From: Eledone cirrhosa
Lineage: Eukaryota
Length of the DNA stretch: 64,000 nucleotides
Reading direction: 5' to 3'
Assembly: GCA_964016885.1 (NCBI GenBank)
Contig: OZ024747.1
Coordinates: forward strand, 91,512,001-91,576,000
Within the stretch, counting starts at the first letter, position 1, and each line of letters opens with the position of its first letter. A program made the translations under genes and the position numbers. The notes under the pieces are model-generated. The model ran no database searches and had not been told where the DNA came from. It worked only from the letters and a program-made list of their open reading frames with translations. This document shows positions 41,171 to 55,524 of the stretch, piece after piece.

Positions 41171-41244
41171 GCTGTGATATATATTTCAGTGACGACACTG
41201 GCCACACTGTTCTGTGCGCGAGTGTCGGGTCATCATCAGACAGC
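41171..41244 (-). ncRNA. Type I hammerhead ribozyme with extended stem II
   Basis: Minus strand GCTGT-CTGATGA-TGACC CGACACT..CGCAC agaaca GTGTG..AGTGTCG TCACT-GAAA-TATATA-TC-ACAGC, inside a (TA)n-flanked insert at about 41120-41645. Confidence 0.75.
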
Positions 41245-41642
41245 TTGTTACATAATAAGGTTATGTTTCCGAGGCAATCCAAATTGGATCGATATGGGAA
41301 CGGATGAATTGCATGTTTTGGGGTTTTTCATCCGCTCCCTTGACAAGGGAGCTTCCAAAAGTTCCAGACAGCTTCCAGACAGCTTCCAAAAATAATGGTC
41401 GCTTATAATAGGGTACGTCAAAATTATTTATAAAACTGTTTATATATTGTATTTTATCCGACGAAGGCATGCCATATTTTAATATGGTATCCCTGAAATA
41501 TGTATAATGAAATAAATATGGTTTTATAAATATAGTTTCCATTTGTTTAATATCGTATATCTACTCCAAAAACTTGTCGAGTGCTTTATATCAGTTATAA
41601 AATATTTACTTGTTGTATCCCAACAATTTTAAATAAAACTTT

Positions 41643-41696
<54 letters not shown>

Positions 41697-43402
41697 GTAT
41701 ATATGTTTGTGTATGAGTATACCATGAGTTCACGAAAAGTAGTAAAAGTAGTTACGTAGCATACGGCACATGACTAATTTTGAAGGATTTCCTTTGAGAT
41801 TGAAAAAAATAGTAAATATCAAATAAAGTACAATGAATAGTAGTAGATGCAACGATAACTGAACTTAACGTATTTTCTATCTTCCAGTGGGTTAAAGATT
41901 TAAAGATAAAAAGAGAGGTAAATTTAAAAGCTATAACAAAAGAATTAAGCAATGAATATTTTATGAACTCAATATCTAACAATATCTAACGATTGTGCAT
42001 GGAAGCTCAAGTCCAGTCATATTTTCATGTATAGGTGCAGTAAGAAACAAGAAATAATGTTTATAACAAAAAAAAAAATAGATGCTCACATTAAAATAAG
42101 TCAGAAAAGAACATCAATAAAACTAGTAACACAATTCAAAATATGACGTGTTCATAATAGAACATTGGTAGATACGAAAATAATGAAATGCCTGAATAGT
42201 AAAGTAAGTAAAGTAATAACTAAAATGAAAGAAAGTGGAGCAAATACAGCGTATTAATAGTATAATAATTACTTTACGAATCAAATAACTCTTTTATGTA
42301 TATATTCTATTTGCCATGTTGGAATAGTAATTTTCCTAAATATGCTTGGATTGTGGTAGGTTAACACTCCTTCGGTCTTCAGACATTCAATAATATGCAT
42401 AATATATTGAAAATCACATCACTTAGAAAGCCAATGGGGTACTATAGTTCTGGAAAACATACAACACAAAAAAGCCAGTTCAATTGAGAACTAAATATTG
42501 CATAATATTTTGGTGCTGTTTTTTTTATTGCTAAGTATTATAATGGATTTTGCTGTTACTATGACTGTTTTCAACACGCTGATGCATACGTGTAAATGTG
42601 TGTGTTTCGGTGTATATCTATATGCATATATATCTATATCTATGAGTATATAAATATTTATATGTATGAGTATATAAACACTTATATAAATACACACACA
42701 GATATACATTAACACAAATAAACATGCATGCACAACAACAAAAAAAAACACATACACACACACATTTACACAAACATACATACACTCACACAAAACGTAG
42801 CAAATGAAACGCCAATTGCTGTTTTGCTATAGTTTTTTCACCATCCTTTTTCATCCTTTTACACACAAACACACACACATTGTGTGCGGATGGACAGACG
42901 GAATTCGCCCAAATTTATATATAAATTCTTAGTGTTGTTGGCTGCTTAAATTCATTTTGTGCTATTAACCACAGGGAAGTTTTGTGTCCGTTATATACAC
43001 TGCCTCTATTAGAAACGCTCCATCACACCGTACGAAGAAGGTAACAGGAATAGAGAAAGCGTTGACGGACTCTACCAATCCTTCTACAGGTGGTGTTGCT
43101 CTATGTTTTTCATAACTACTAACAACACTGCTTCTATAATGACACTTCATGAAACATCGCTGCTACTGAGGATCTTATTTGGATCATTTCACTCTTAAGG
43201 TTTAATTTTTTATGTCTAAGACCATGTTTTTGTTCCCGAGACACCTACTACTAATAACGATTTCTAGCATAATCACAAAATAAACGTTTCAGGGGAAAGT
43301 GAATCTGATTTATCTTGATTCAACTAAATACTTGATTCAACTAAAACAAGCGCCATCGACTTCGAAGAATTTGAGCACAGAATATAGGAATACGTAACTA
43401 AA

Positions 43403-43604
43403 TAATTGTTTCTACTTTAGGCACAAGGCCAGCAATTTAAAGGGGAGGGGAAGGTCGAGTAAATCGCCCCCCACCCCCAGTACACACTACTGGTGCTTTA
43501 TCGACTCTGTAAGGATGTAAGGCAAAGCTAACCTCAACGGAATTTGAACTAGGAACGTAAAGGGCTGTAACTCTATGCTGTGAAGCATGTCGTTCGACGC
43601 TCTA
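43403..43604 (-). mobile_element. SINE (main family, long variant)
   Basis: Homology to the other copies. Confidence 0.8.
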
Positions 43605-43641
43605 ATTAATATAATACATTATGTATGTCAATATAATAGTA

Positions 43642-43990
43642 CTTGTGACGCTAAACTCCGCCAGTTGCAGACTGCGCATCAACATGTGATATCTCTCTCC
43701 ACAAAGTTTGATCACCAGTAGCAGAGTTCAAAGAGCAAAGATCAAGTCCAGTCCATAAGTTGACATTATCAAGCCATCGTTTGGGCTGCCGGCCTCTGCT
43801 TCTCTTACTCTCCAACCTTCCTTCCAGGCATAACCTACTCACACCACAGGTTGATCTTTTTGTATGACTGTATAGTATGAGTATTCTTGACTTGACAATT
43901 GATGTAATTGGTCTAAGGTTAGTAATGTTGAGCAGCCCACTGATACAGATACGGTCGCTGAGCCTCTTGCCAGTCATAAGTCTCAATATA
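43642..43990 (-). mobile_element. RTE-clade LINE 3' fragment
   Basis: ITSIVKSRILILYSHTKRS...LCLEGRLESKRSRGRQPKRWLDNV...WTG...DQTLWR, the RTE C-terminal signature. Confidence 0.8.
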
Positions 43991-44006
43991 ATAGTGCTAC
44001 AGTTAA

Positions 44007-44116
44007 TAATTGTTTCTACTTTTGGCACAAGGCCAGCAATTACCCAGTACATTACTGGTACTTTATGTTATCGACCTCGTAAGGATGAAAGGCAAAGTTA
44101 ACCTCGACGGGATTTG
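44007..44116 (-). mobile_element. SINE (main family) 3' half
   Basis: Homology. A more degenerate copy follows at about 44120-44270. Confidence 0.85.
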
Positions 44117-44670
44117 AGAAGGAGTCGATATCACTGATACCTGTATTTGACTTGTACTTTATTTTATTGATACCAGAAGGATCAAGAACAAACTTAAACC
44201 CGGCTGGATGTGAACAGAGAACGTAAAGAAAGGTAACTAATGCTGCAAAGCATTTTGTAAGACCCTCGAAAGAGAGGCACCAATCGACTACCCCTACTGC
44301 AACTATTACTCTCAACGATTGCTCGTAATACTATCATTTCTTAGGGTGAGGTGCCTTATAAGATATATTTCTATTCCGTAATAATTTACTCGAGAACATA
44401 AGCATACATATACAGCATTTCAATTCCACCTTTTCGTTATCTCTTTGTAGAAAGAGCATAGACACACAGACACTCATACGCACACACATATATATATATA
44501 CATACACATATATACATATACATATACATACATATATACATATATGTACATATATGTATATATATATATATACATATATATACATATATATATATATACA
44601 TATGTATACATACATATATATATACATATATATATATATGCATATATATATATATACACACAGACACACG

Positions 44671-44785
<115 letters not shown>

Positions 44786-45064
44786 TTGCAAGAAGCTCCC
44801 ATAACGACCAACTAAAAAGAAAGTGCTTTGATCTGAAGGCCCAACTCAGTAATGGCCAACAAGAGAGGAAATGAAGAAAAATAGAAGACGTAAAAGAAAA
44901 AGCGTTAGAGCATGGAGGACGGAATGGTATGAATGTCTAGTGGAAATGTACATCTAAAGTGGATCAACTTTGGTCATTAAATTGTCGTATTTTTCTTTGT
45001 TTGAAGCTAAACCTACATTCAAAATGTCTTATAACTATATACATTCATGCGTACATATGGTCAA

Positions 45065-45432
<368 letters not shown>

Positions 45433-45615
45433 GTGTGTGTGTGTATGTATATATATGTGTGTGTGCGTATATGTATACATATATATGCTTATACTCACAT
45501 GTATATATGTTCACACGTATATATGTATCTATATCTCTATATAACCTTATATGCATGAGGGTGTATGCATGGACGTTTAATTCTGCGTGTACAATTAAGC
45601 GTATACACACAAACA

Positions 45616-45674
<59 letters not shown>

Positions 45675-45849
45675 CAAATTTATACGGGAACAAAACAGAG
45701 AGGCAGACAAATAAAGGTTTATTATATTCACGATTAATTGAAATGCTTTAAAATACACAACACAACAAATATTGGCAAGAAAAAGACTCAATACATGTAT
45801 AGACTCATGTATTTATTGCTATAAGAAAGTTGCCAGTTACGTGGTTAGA

Positions 45850-46000
45850 TAAAATCCATAATCTCGGTTGATCATACTTGGAGACCAAGTGGGATCATGT
45901 AGACTCAGTTGACTTTCGATAGGACACCCTGGAAGGCATGTCTAAATAATCTACCTCATTGTCGATCTCAGAAATAAGTGGCCGAAGAAAAAGAGGCTGA
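45850..46000 (+). mobile_element. Degenerate RTE (Expander-like) 3' end
   Basis: Similar to 51200-51330 and to the reverse complement of 2946-3090. Confidence 0.45.
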
Positions 46001-46649
46001 CTTCCTTTCGAGGTTGATAAGATACCAGTAACTAACTCACTAGGTTTCCTCTTCTCACAAATTGTTGGCCTTGTGCCTAAATCAGAAACGATTATATCTT
46101 AGCTACGATATCATTTCTTTATATACTGTGGAGCAGTTTTATTGCAAACCTCTTTTTATAATATTTTATTTACTCATGTTTGAATTGAATTTTGCCATAT
46201 ATCTTTAATTATTGTTCCCACACCCTAATTATTGCTGTTTCTTACCACATCCTCTCTAACTTCTTTAGTTCATATTTCGTACTTATGTTTATCAGTGTTC
46301 TATTCTCCTTTTATTATCATGCAACTTACCTTCGTAATATTATTTTCTGTGGCTATGGAAAATAAACTTAATTGTTTTCAAAGCTGGAGGCAGGCATTTC
46401 AAATGCAATGACTACGTTTCCTATCTACTCTCACCAATTCAGTTGGCTTCTAGATAAGAAGTTAATAACAATAACCTATATTATTACCAAGAACAGTTAT
46501 ATATATGATAGCTAATTGTATATTACTATACTTGGAGTGGTTAGCCTGATTTTATAAAATGTTCATAATTAAATTGTTTTATTATAGACGCATTATATTC
46601 ATGCGTAACATGTTGATTAGTTCTCATTGTACCTTGTATTATATATTAA

Positions 46650-46839
46650 GGGCGGTGGATCAGCAGAATTGGTAGAGCGTCAGACACCATGCTTTGCAGC
46701 ATAGTTATGGCCCTTTATGTTCTGAGTTAAAATCCTGCCAAGGTTGGCTTTGCCTTTCATCCTTATGGGGTCGATAAAATAAAGTACCACTAATGCACTG
46801 GGATAATTGCTGGCCTTGTGCCAAAAGTAGAAACAATTA
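46650..46839 (+). mobile_element. tRNA-derived SINE (main family)
   Basis: Homology to the other copies. Confidence 0.88.
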
Positions 46840-49311
46840 TATATTAATTGTTGAGTTGTTGTATGTCTGTCTTTGGTCTAACTGCTTGTTTATTGTCTTG
46901 TCTGATGACTATTATAGTATTTTGGTTATCTACAAGACTATCTTAGTACATTTTTTCAATCAAACGTCATTTATCATACCAATATACTCAGTGAATCAAT
47001 GCATTGTAGTCCTGTTGAAATATTCAGATTTTGACCAGGATCAGTTTTATTTATTACATCTATTATTTGACATATTCTGTATCAATTGTGTGCTGCTTTT
47101 ATCAGAGTTAATCCCTCCATTTATATTTGTGAAATACATACGATTACCCGAATATACACGCCATAGCGATATTACATAATATACAGAACGTACACACAAC
47201 ATAGGAACATGAAGCTCTGCACATGTTGTATACGGAGTGCTGTCAATAGAACAGAAAATCTAAATCCCACCCGATATAATCCGCCCCAAGTATAATTATA
47301 ACGTTTGTTTGTTTTATATTTGGGAAATTTCTCCATTTCTTTACGAGACACAATATCGTTCCCTGGTCGGCTATTGCAGCAATACTCTTCGCATTGTCAC
47401 TGTTTCTGTGAACTTACTCTGTAAAGTCGTTTTTTTTTCCATTTTTCTGAACTTTTTCTGATACATATTTACACTAACTATTTTCTGTTACTATCTAACA
47501 ATACTAACGTAACATCAAATGTATTAAAGAGCTACCACTGTCTCGACTAAGACTTTCCTGTCAAAGACCATGACAATAATTGTTTCTTACATTATCTGTA
47601 TTTTCTCAATGTATTTTGTTTCTGTTTAAACAGTTGGCAGTTTCTGGTAGGGAATTATTAACCATTTGCCACAATCAAGAAGCCTTTATTATCGGCATTG
47701 TGTTTTGTACTTCTCAGCATGTACTGCCAATTTCTTTCGACTATATCCACCATGTTTTCTACAGATATGGCCCATAGCTCTTATATAACATTTACTAGAA
47801 CACTCTTTAGCTTTTTCACAATTTCGTTTGTTTCTGTTCTCAAATGTCTGTCATTTCAACCAATTTCTTGCATTTGTTCGCTCATTTGAAAACGGACAGT
47901 TTATAGCTATCTTTATTACACTCCCATTGTTTATACTAAACAGTTTTGTAGTCATAGGGTTTTATTTTACAAGAGTTTTCTAATTACAGAAGATACTTTT
48001 CTCCATGCGTGCATGGTAAAGATAAGCTCTCTATTTTAGAGATTTCTATTTTAAAAGCAATTAATATTTTTCGTGCGCTTCATTTTGTTTGCATTTAGGG
48101 TATATTTGTGAAATAGTATAGCTATAGCTTATTAATGGAACATCCTATTAACTTACTGTTTTCTATTTAGTCCCGTTTTAGGTATTAACTCTGTTTTTAT
48201 AATATTTATTTCTAACTATTCTTTCATGTATGTGTTGTAATCTATCGAATTCATTAATTCTTAATTATACATGACAGTTTGGTTTAATTTTCTTATATAA
48301 TACGACATTGTTATTTTTAATTGTTTTTCTTTTATTCAAGGTATATTGCCGTCGTCTTCTACCCTGAATGTTATATCAGTTTTTCTTGCAAATCTGTGTA
48401 CTCTCTATAGCTGTATTTTACGTTGTTCATCATTATCAGTGTACAATTTAATGTATTCTATATATAAAAGAATATTGACTATCTTTCATATTATTTCTGT
48501 TTGACTCTAGTTTGGTTTAACATGTGGATTAAATGTGTCAGTTACAGGTGGAAAAAGGAAATGAGTAATGTTTTCGATTTCCTCAGAAAATGATATATAT
48601 ATACATGTATATTATTGGTGCTATGATACCAGTGGTTAATGTTTACATGAACCACACGTACTGTTGAAATACATGCTATTCTCAAACCTGCCTTTTGTCT
48701 TCTTCAAATATTGCTTATGGCTGTGTTGTATTTGTTCTTTGGGAAAATATTTGTTTTTACAGATATTTATTTCTCATCTTTTATAATATTGCAATGAAAA
48801 TTTTGTAAGCTGTAGGAGTGTATGTTTTCGGCTTGTAGTGCATTTGCCGCTTTTGTAATCTTCAATAATACATAGTGTCTCCTCAGTTAAATACTCATGT
48901 CTGATTCCCAATTCTCTCAATAGGTTATTAAACATTTTGCTAGTACTTTATATGTGCTTCCTGGCCATTATAATCAAAATGTTTAGATGTTCTTATTTTC
49001 TGCGGCTTAAGATTTATTTTGTGTAGCATATGGACGAATAACTGAGCTGCTGTATCCTCCAGGGTTATTTAGCTACTTCCTTTATTGTATTGAACACATC
49101 TCACTGATGAGGAATACATTGTGGTGAACACGCAGCCTTGTTGCTGGTGCGGCATTGATTTTTATTACATTTTTACCTAGTTCTTTATAAAATCTTTTCG
49201 AATTGAAACGGAATGGTTGTCACCATTTATAATAATGTATTCATTCTGATTTACCAAACCTCTCTAGTTTCAAGCGTTTTTAGACGTTGAATATTTCATT
49301 TTTATGTTATA

Positions 49312-50207
49312 CTAGCAGAATGGCCCGAGGTTGCTCGGGATTTGCTCTAGGGTTCTTATATATTTGATATATCTTTATCCTTATAGAACCTCGTGAAATA
49401 AATACGTTTGTTTATATTTTGTTATTGTGTATGCAAAAATATCTGTACACGAATATATAATTATATATATATATATATATTAAAATAACAGATTAAAGTT
49501 TAAGCAAAGAATCGCTGCTTTCACCATTAACGGGATCTTCTGAAACTAAAAAAAAATCAATCTGTGAACGCAGAAGTAAATATTTCGAAAAACGTTACAC
49601 ACACTATATATATAGCGATATCTCTCTATAATTCTTAGTCTTTCTTTTTAGATAGATACATAGATATAACTTTGCGCCCTTATAATATCTGTCTGTATGT
49701 CTGGCTGTCTGCATTACGACATTATGATGCTGTGCTGTGTGTGTATATATATATAGTGTATATATATATATATATATACACACACACATATATATACACA
49801 CATTATATATACATATATATACACACAGCACAGCGTCATAATGTCGTAATGCAGACAGCCAGACATACAGACAGGCCGAGGTTAACTTTGCCTTTCATCC
49901 TTACGGGGTCGATAAAATAAAGTACCAGTAATACACTGGGTAATTGCTGGCCTTGTGCCAAAAGTAGAAACAATTATAAGGGCGCAACGTTATATCTATG
50001 TATCTATCTGAAAGGAAAGACTAAAAATTATAGAGAGAGATCGCTAAATCGCCTAATGCGGTACCTAGGGCATTGAAAATTTGAAATTTCTTTTCTCAAA
50101 ATACTCACAGGACCATAAGTATTACATGTGTAAAGTTTGAAAACAATGGGTTGGGTGGTTCTCGAGTGTTATGGAGTCAGACAGACATTCTCTATTTTAG
50201 ATATAGA
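49312..50207 (-). mobile_element. Non-autonomous Helitron with internal inverted repeat and nested SINE
   Basis: Minus strand starts A|TCTATATCTAAAATAGAG and ends CCCGAG-caac-CTCGGG...CTAG|T (TC...CTAG termini, subterminal hairpin, AT target). Confidence 0.75.
49876..49976 (+). mobile_element. SINE (main family) 3' half nested in the Helitron
   Basis: Homology to the other copies. Confidence 0.88.
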
Positions 50208-50929
50208 TATTTCTCTACTTCTTGTTTATATGTTTTCATTTTGTCTTTACTCTATTGCTTACATCTTTTCTCTGTATATTTGTTTTCTGAATTGTTTATT
50301 TGTATTTCAGTGCTCCTATATATGTAAGTTTGAGGGCCAATCTATGTTCTTTTTGTAGTACTGTTGCAGCTGCATATATTGCTACGTTTAACCTTATGAA
50401 TGTTATATATGTTTTTTATTTGTTTTTATTGTTATCGCTATTTCTTCATTCAGTATTTACTATCCACAAGAAGCGTTTGCGTTAATATTCTTAATTGGTT
50501 TTCAGTTTTTTAACAATCTACACCTATATATCATTATCACAATTACTGATTCTAGAAGTTGCTGTTTTTAAACCTTTCTCATATTCAAATTTATTCATAA
50601 ATATTGTATTTTTCTGATACACATTTTATTTCTACCAGAATTTTGTAGATGATATAAGATTTGATTTCTTTCTGTTTTGCTATTTACTGCGTGTTTTAAA
50701 TATGCTTGCCCATTTTTGTGATTTGCGTTCTGAATATTTGTAATCGTAATGTTTGATTTTAGTTTGTTAATTATGTTTTTAAGTATTCTATTTCACACAT
50801 GTAGAGTGCACTGCACAGTATTCTGAATTGAGTGCAAGAATTGCAGGAGCTGGTGCAGTAATACGCCAGCTTCAGCATTCAGTAATCAGAAGGATGATAG
50901 GCGTAAAAACCAAACTCACTACCTTCAAT

Positions 50930-51335
50930 TCGGTAATGACAGAAAGAATACGATCGCGAATGCAAGTGACCGAAATGGAATTTCTCCGGGAGCCTTTGCA
51001 GTAACGTTACTCGATAGCATGCGTAGCTCGGAAATCAGAGGGACACTCCAGGCAGAGCCGCTCCGAATTGAGGGATCACAGCTCTGATACTATAGGCATG
51101 TAGTTATAATGTATCAGGAAAGAATTGCTGAACAGATTTTACCGGCAAAACCAAACGGCAGAAGACTCAGGGATAGACCGCGAGCAAAATGTATAACATG
51201 CATTAATTTGGCTGGTCTCGATTGGGGATCCAGTCGGATCAGTTGGAGACGGTTGCTTCTGACAGGACCTGTTAGGAATGTTTGAGGACTCTGCCTCCAC
51301 CACTCTATTAGGAATAAGTGGGCGAAGAAAAAAAA
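50930..51335 (+). mobile_element. RTE-clade (Expander/Rex3-like) LINE 3' fragment
   Basis: VMTERIRSRMQVTEMEFLR...VTLLDSMRSSEIRGTLQAEPL-RIEGSQL*YYRHVV...AKPNGRRLRDRPRAK, followed by an A-rich end. Confidence 0.8.
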
Positions 51336-52524
51336 GTATTCTACTTAGACATAATATTTTATTAGATGATATATATATAGTTTTCACTAAGGCATACTTA
51401 TCTGATTTAACAGGAATGGTGTGAAATTATGTATTATTACTTAGTACGTTTGTCGTTATAGTTTGAACCTATTTTACACTTTTTCATATTTATCTTTCAG
51501 ACTAATATCATATTTATTGCTAAGACGAAGACATAGTTGTTCAATGATATTGAGATTATATTGCATACCCTTTGAAAGTTTGTGTATATTTCAAAATCCA
51601 TTTTAGCATTTTTTATTTTTTATTTTTATGTTTCATATTTTCTTTAAATTTATTTTAGTAACTTTCTATTATAAATCTATAATTCGCTTCAAGAAAAATT
51701 ACATAAATATTAAAACATAATATATCAAATTCCTAGCAATGCATATTTTATAAGTAGCATTTTGAAAACTTGCATATCTTTTCGGTGTTAACTGCTAAAA
51801 CACACAGTTAAACAATATGGACATAATGAAAATAAACTTTAATACTAATTACATCAAAACTGCATCTGCTGAACCAAACATAAGATATTATTTAAATGCA
51901 CCTTACGTTACATATTAAATATGTAGGTTCTATACTTTTCAACATTTCAATACTAGATAATACAAATCATAAAAGACGTTTAATTTCTCTGATTTAGGCA
52001 GAATATTTATATATAATAGAGATGTAACACTAACACGGCATTAAGCATAACATATGTGAATACGAAAGCATATAAAATATTTCTTCTTTGGTAGCGAGGC
52101 TCCCATGTTTCGTCTGTATAAACATAAAGTATATGCTTTCATATACCTTTTCATTATACATAAATCTGTCTTATTAATACTACGAATTAATTATATTCAG
52201 ACAAGTTCATACTAAATGTGCCTTTCCAGCTGATGTTTTCTATTAGCTATTTGTAAATGAGCATCTCCAGCACATTTTCATAACTCAAGACCTATATAGA
52301 TTCTTGTCTCTTTCCATGTTAGTGTGAATGAATGTGAAAGAATCTCAGGGATGAGACATTAACAAATCTTGAAAGAGCAATGTCTGACATTCCCGACTGC
52401 TCCTGACATATCTGTGACGTTTTCACAGAGGAAAAAAAAGAAAAATATTTTTCTCGCAACGTAAAAATGTTTTTTTTTTTTTTTACACTCTCTTGGTACC
52501 AATCAATCAATAATCAATCAATCA

Positions 52525-52630
<106 letters not shown>

Positions 52631-52696
52631 AATATATATATATATTTATATATATATTTATATATATATATAATATATATATATATATGCATACAT

Positions 52697-52741
<45 letters not shown>

Positions 52742-52908
52742 AATATATATATATATATATATATACATTATGTCTGATGTATTTTTGTTTATCTGTTTAA
52801 TGTATGAGTAGCTATTAGCTAGTTTGCACCTGTTTCGAAGCTTTATATCCTAAGTATACAACTTTAATAGAAAAAATGAATTAAATAATATAAAATGTGA
52901 TAAATTAT

Positions 52909-52932
52909 ATAATAATAATAATAATGATAATA

Positions 52933-52999
<67 letters not shown>
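52909..52999. repeat. (AAT)n microsatellite
   Basis: Direct reading. Confidence 0.95.
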
Positions 53000-53001
<2 letters not shown>

Positions 53002-53149
53002 CAAAACATAAAACAGGAAAAATATATATGATATATCGATATTTCATAGATAGTTTAAATGCCCTGCGGGTGTATGTGATATTCTTTACATTTTGCGCCA
53101 GTATTATTTCTGAAGAATAGAATTGTATATATGTATATATGTGAGTGTG

Positions 53150-53196
<47 letters not shown>

Positions 53197-53356
53197 ATGT
53201 GTATATCTGTGTGTGTATATGTGTGTGTGTATATATATGTCTATACGTGTGTGTGTATATATATGTGTATATATATGTATATATATATATGTGTATATAT
53301 ATGTATATATATGTATATATATATATGTATATATATATGTGTATATATATATGTAT

Positions 53357-53423
<67 letters not shown>

Positions 53424-54368
53424 CTATTTGTAAATATGTGTGTGTAAATACGTATATGTGTGTGTATATATGTATATGTGTGTGTGTGTATGTATATGTG
53501 TATGTATATGTATATATGTGCGTGTATATAATGTGTGTGTATATATATATATATGTACATATATATATGTGCGTATATATACGTATGTATAAATATATGT
53601 ACATATAAATGCGCGTATATATATATATATATATGTGTGTATCTTCGGGAGATTTGATATATTAAGCAAATATCATTTTCAAGAATTCAGAGACGTGAGA
53701 CGGTGCTAAATGTAAATCGACGGTTCTAGAATTTCATGAACCCCGCATAACCTCGCATCGTTTGCCCTTTCTTCAAATAATAACTTACCATTCAGTGAGA
53801 AAAAGTAAACTCTTATAGTCATTGCCTACCAATTTTCACATGATTAAATATAAGGGTGAGATCATTATAGGTTATCAAATGTGGAAGTTTAATTGCTGCG
53901 GAACTATGAAAGGGAAATTCTTCAAGTATTTGTAAAGATACCCTATCTAAAAAAAAAATATTATGCTTAAAAAAAGAAAGAAAAACATGAAGTATGGAAA
54001 TACATATTGCCAAAGGTAGTTGTGTGAGGTAAATTTAGTGGAACCAGGAATGGAAATCGTGCCGGTGTTAATGTCTAGATGTACACTGCTCGTCATATGT
54101 AATGTCATAATAATGTACATTGCAGTTAAATATAATAAATATGTATGGCCGTCGTGCAATATCCTATGTGAACAATTTTTAATTTTCAAAAATCGGCCTC
54201 GCCATCCACCAGCGACACGATCATAGATGAGGACATTTCAAAGAAGGAAAAATACACTCGGAAACAAGAAAAAATTGACGGCTTAAATGCTAAACCTGTA
54301 CACAGTGATATTCGCAGCTAAAGATTCATTACTATACAGGATACGTAGTCGAATGGTTAACTAATATA

Positions 54369-54518
54369 TTGTTTCTACTTTTGGCGCAAGGCCAGCAATT
54401 ACTGGTACTTTATTTTATCGACCCCGTAAGGATGAAAGGCAAAGTTAACCTCGTGATTTGAACTCAGACCGTAATGGGACTTAACTAACCCTCTACCGAT
54501 AATGCCAATTCACCGCCC
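54369..54518 (-). mobile_element. SINE (main family) with internal deletions
   Basis: Homology to the other copies. Confidence 0.85.
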
Positions 54519-54842
54519 TAATATGTGAGTTCGAGGATGCTCGTTTCCCGTCCACTGTATTTCGCTCTCATCAAATAGATATCATACGGAGGTGCAATTC
54601 CAAAGTGTAGAATACAACTTTCATTCAGCCTATATTCTGTGTTCCAGACTCTGACAGCCAACGTCATGTACTCCATCACAGTTAATACCTCCGTACAAAA
54701 TAGAAATAACGCCCCTAATTAATTATGTGAAAATGAATATTTTCTTTTTAAATTATTCTAGTGCATCGATCGTACTTATAGGTACTTAATGCAGGGCGTT
54801 TTATGCACCAAAGTGTTGTTGCTGTTATTTAGCTTTGAATGA

Positions 54843-55015
54843 GGGGGGTGGATTGGCAGAATCAGTAGAGTATCGGCCAGCATAGAGTTACAGCCCTTTA
54901 TGTTGGATTTATGGCGTCGATAAAATAAAGCACCAGTAATGCACTGGGGTGGATTTAATCGACTTTCCCATCCCATTCAAATTGCTGGCCTTGTGCCTAA
55001 AGCAGAAAAAATTAT
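54843..55015 (+). mobile_element. SINE (main family, long variant) with internal deletion
   Basis: Homology to the other copies. Confidence 0.8.
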
Positions 55016-55316
55016 TTAGCTCTGAATCAATCATGATGAAATAGGCCTATGGTTTAAATCGTTCCATTCAAGCTTTTAGGAATATCTTGGCCTACATTAT
55101 TTAATATAACCTGTTTTGTTTAAAAGTCACTATGGTGTGATTAGCAGGAGATTTGGGTAGTGTATTCAGAAAGTCCCGAGATCTTGCAATGGCGCGTTTG
55201 TTTTGAAGTGTGTACTTAGCAGAACGCCAAAATAACTATTCATTCTGGTGCTTTGCCATTTCTGCCAACATTACAGCTTTTCCTGGTTTCACAACTAAGC
55301 TTTCCTATTACTTTAA

Positions 55317-55524
55317 CCCTTTAGCAATGAAGCCAGCGATATCCGGCCAGAATTATCTCACCTCTTTCTGTTTAAACAAGCCACAATGGCCCACTCATAC
55401 TGACATTAAGGTATTGTTCTCAAAATATATATCATCATCTTCAAAATCTCATAGATTCTATATTATGCGAGATAAAGCTTTTACCATGAAAATACAATAG
55501 TAGAGTAATGTAGATGTTAAATGG
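55317..55524. mobile_element. piggyBac-like MITE
   Basis: TTAA on both sides, imperfect terminal inverted repeats CCCTTTAGCA / TGTTAAATGG. Confidence 0.5.

Noticed and set aside
49100-49140. CTGATGAGGAATAC... hammerhead-like start
   Set aside because: No GAAA or paired stems downstream.
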